A stretch of DNA of 64,000 bases from Lentimicrobiaceae bacterium. GTDB lineage: Bacteria > Bacteroidota > Bacteroidia > Bacteroidales > UBA4417. This document shows positions 62,784-64,000 of the stretch, piece by piece. Made by a program: the position numbers and the translations under genes. Location: positions 131,030 to 195,029 of the forward strand of contig JAPXLB010000004.1 of the NCBI GenBank assembly GCA_033809755.1, written 5' to 3'. Position 1 is the first letter of the stretch; each line of letters starts with the position of its first letter. The notes below the pieces were generated by a model. It had not been told where the DNA came from. It searched no databases and saw only the letters and a list, made by a program, of their open reading frames with translations.

Positions 62784-62828
62784 CACGCCTCACTCATCAC
62801 TCACCACCAATAGCCAAAAGCCAAAAGC
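62784..62828. repeat. heptad-periodic palindromic intergenic element, copy E, right part
   Basis: CACGCCTCACTCATCACTCACCACCAATAGCCAAAAGCCAAAAGC is the C/A-rich complement type of the left arm at 62529-62600. About 150 bp separates it from the rest of the element. Confidence 0.7.
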
Positions 62829-62841
62829 AAAATCTTACAAT

Positions 62842-62872
62842 AAAAAAAGAGCTAACGAAACTCATTAGCTCT
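62842..62872 (-). terminator. rho-independent terminator of pepC
   Basis: On the minus strand, AGAGCTAA-loop-TTAGCTCT is followed by T7, about 30 nt after the pepC stop. Confidence 0.8.
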
Positions 62873-62904
62873 CTTCTCCGTATTTCAATTTGAGTAAAAC
62901 AGGA

Positions 62905-64000
62905 TTATTTTATTCCTAGTTTTTTGCGAATATCTTTAGGAATAGCATCTTTGTGCACTAATATATTCATGGTTTTGTATGCTGCAAAAGCTTCCGAAAC
63001 GTACCATATACCTTCGTATTTACCGGCTTTTCCCCATGAGTTTTTCATCATAAAATAAGGTTTACCGTTTTGGTCTTTGGCAACTCCGTATATTACCATT
63101 CCGTGGTCATCGGTGGTTTCCCAGTTGTCAAATGCTTTCTGACGCATTTCTTGAGTTATTTCCATTTCGGGTAGCGGTTTCGATGTAAGTTCTGCACGTC
63201 TGTCGGTTCTTGACATTCCTAACCATTTAGCCATATCCGAGCCTGTAAGTTCTGCACCGCGTTCAGCGTCGGGCATAACAGCTATACCGTTGCGTGTAAA
63301 ACCATCTTCGCTGACGTCGGAGCCCCAAGCAAAGGTGTAGCCGGTGTTTACAGCGTTTCTCATCACTTCCATAAGTTCTTCTATAGGCAGATTGTACGAC
63401 AAACCATTACGCCAATTGTCTTGAATTTCTATAGCAAATTTTTCGTAAAAAGGATGATGTGTGTAGCTTGTAAGCGAAATATAGTCGTCGGGATTTAGAC
63501 CAAAGCTATCGGCGTAGCTTCTGGGTGTATATGTTTTGCCGTTAACGGTAAATTCGGTAGGAAGTTTGCCCAAATATGTGTCGTAAATTGCTTCTAATGG
63601 TTGTTTCCATAGATGCGAAATTTTCGAAGATTTGGTGTTCACAACAGCATCGACATATCCCTTTGCAGCAGCGTCAACGTAGTTGTGGTTAGCCAATGTG
63701 TCGCCGTACATAACACCTGCAGGCATAATGTGGTCGGGGACAATGCCGTAGTGTTTCCAGCAATACATTACGTCGTAGAAACTGCCACCGGGCGAAAAAC
63801 TGGACTCTCCGTGTAGTCGCACGTAATTTGTTGCACGGTCAATCATAGTGTGATAAACCACAAACATTTCGGAAAAATCCTGCTCGCCTTTGCCCATGCG
63901 TAGCAACTCAGCTTCAACAAACGATAGGGTAGAGTACGCCCAGCATGTTGACGAACGATTTTGATTTTTAATAGAAGTAATAGGATTTTCTTTTACGGTT
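62905..64000 (-). CDS. pepC: aminopeptidase C (bleomycin-hydrolase-like cysteine peptidase, C1B); 5' end outside window
   Basis: The frame stays open upstream of the tracked TTG start to base 64000 (...IKNQNRSSTCWAYSTLSFVEAELLRMGKGEQ). That stretch carries the catalytic Cys motif. A downstream DDHGMVIYG His block and a KNSWG block complete the C1 triad. Confidence 0.85.
   Translation of the reverse strand, partial: TVKENPITSIKNQNRSSTCWAYSTLSFVEAELLRMGKGEQDFSEMFVVYHTMIDRATNYVRLHGESSFSPGGSFYDVMYCWKHYGIVPDHIMPAGVMYGDTLANHNYVDAAAKGYVDAVVNTKSSKISHLWKQPLEAIYDTYLGKLPTEFTVNGKTYTPRSYADSFGLNPDDYISLTSYTHHPFYEKFAIEIQDNWRNGLSYNLPIEELMEVMRNAVNTGYTFAWGSDVSEDGFTRNGIAVMPDAERGAELTGSDMAKWLGMSRTDRRAELTSKPLPEMEITQEMRQKAFDNWETTDDHGMVIYGVAKDQNGKPYFMMKNSWGKAGKYEGIWYVSEAFAAYKTMNILVHKDAIPKDIRKKLGIK

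Overview
AT-rich chromosomal segment from a member of the Bacteroidota. The phylum call rests on several signals: -33 TTTG / -7 TAnnTTTG promoter boxes instead of -35/-10, several cargo proteins with type IX secretion (T9SS) C-terminal sorting domains, BACON repeats, TonB-dependent receptors with an N-terminal carboxypeptidase-regulatory-like domain, and DUF1573/DUF4249-type lipoproteins. Finer taxonomy cannot be resolved without a database search.

Most of the window is housekeeping:
- purB, aroE, xerD, folA, thyA, a nucleoside permease, aspS, rpe, pepD, dnaB, slyD, dnaA, yigZ and pepC.
- One complete rRNA operon on the minus strand (16S, tRNA-Ile, tRNA-Ala, 23S, 5S), plus a tRNA-Lys.
- Transporters and large secreted surface proteins.

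The most unusual content:
1. An orphan cassette at about 4.7-8.9 kb between purB and tRNA-Lys. It holds two diverged tandem paralogs (433 and 417 aa, no family I recognise) whose promoter and first 34 codons are nearly identical. A 252-aa radical-SAM enzyme with a Cys-rich tail overlaps the second paralog by 41 nt, and a small secreted protein follows.
2. A dispersed family of five intergenic elements built from 7-nt periodic motifs (GAGTnnn, GCGnGTT, GGTGnTT and their complements) with overall dyad symmetry. Each one almost completely fills the space next to a stop codon.
3. Five tandem copies of a Bacteroidota-type promoter module upstream of the 16S gene. The same extended module sits in front of tRNA-Lys.

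All product calls come from motif and family recognition by eye. No searches were run.
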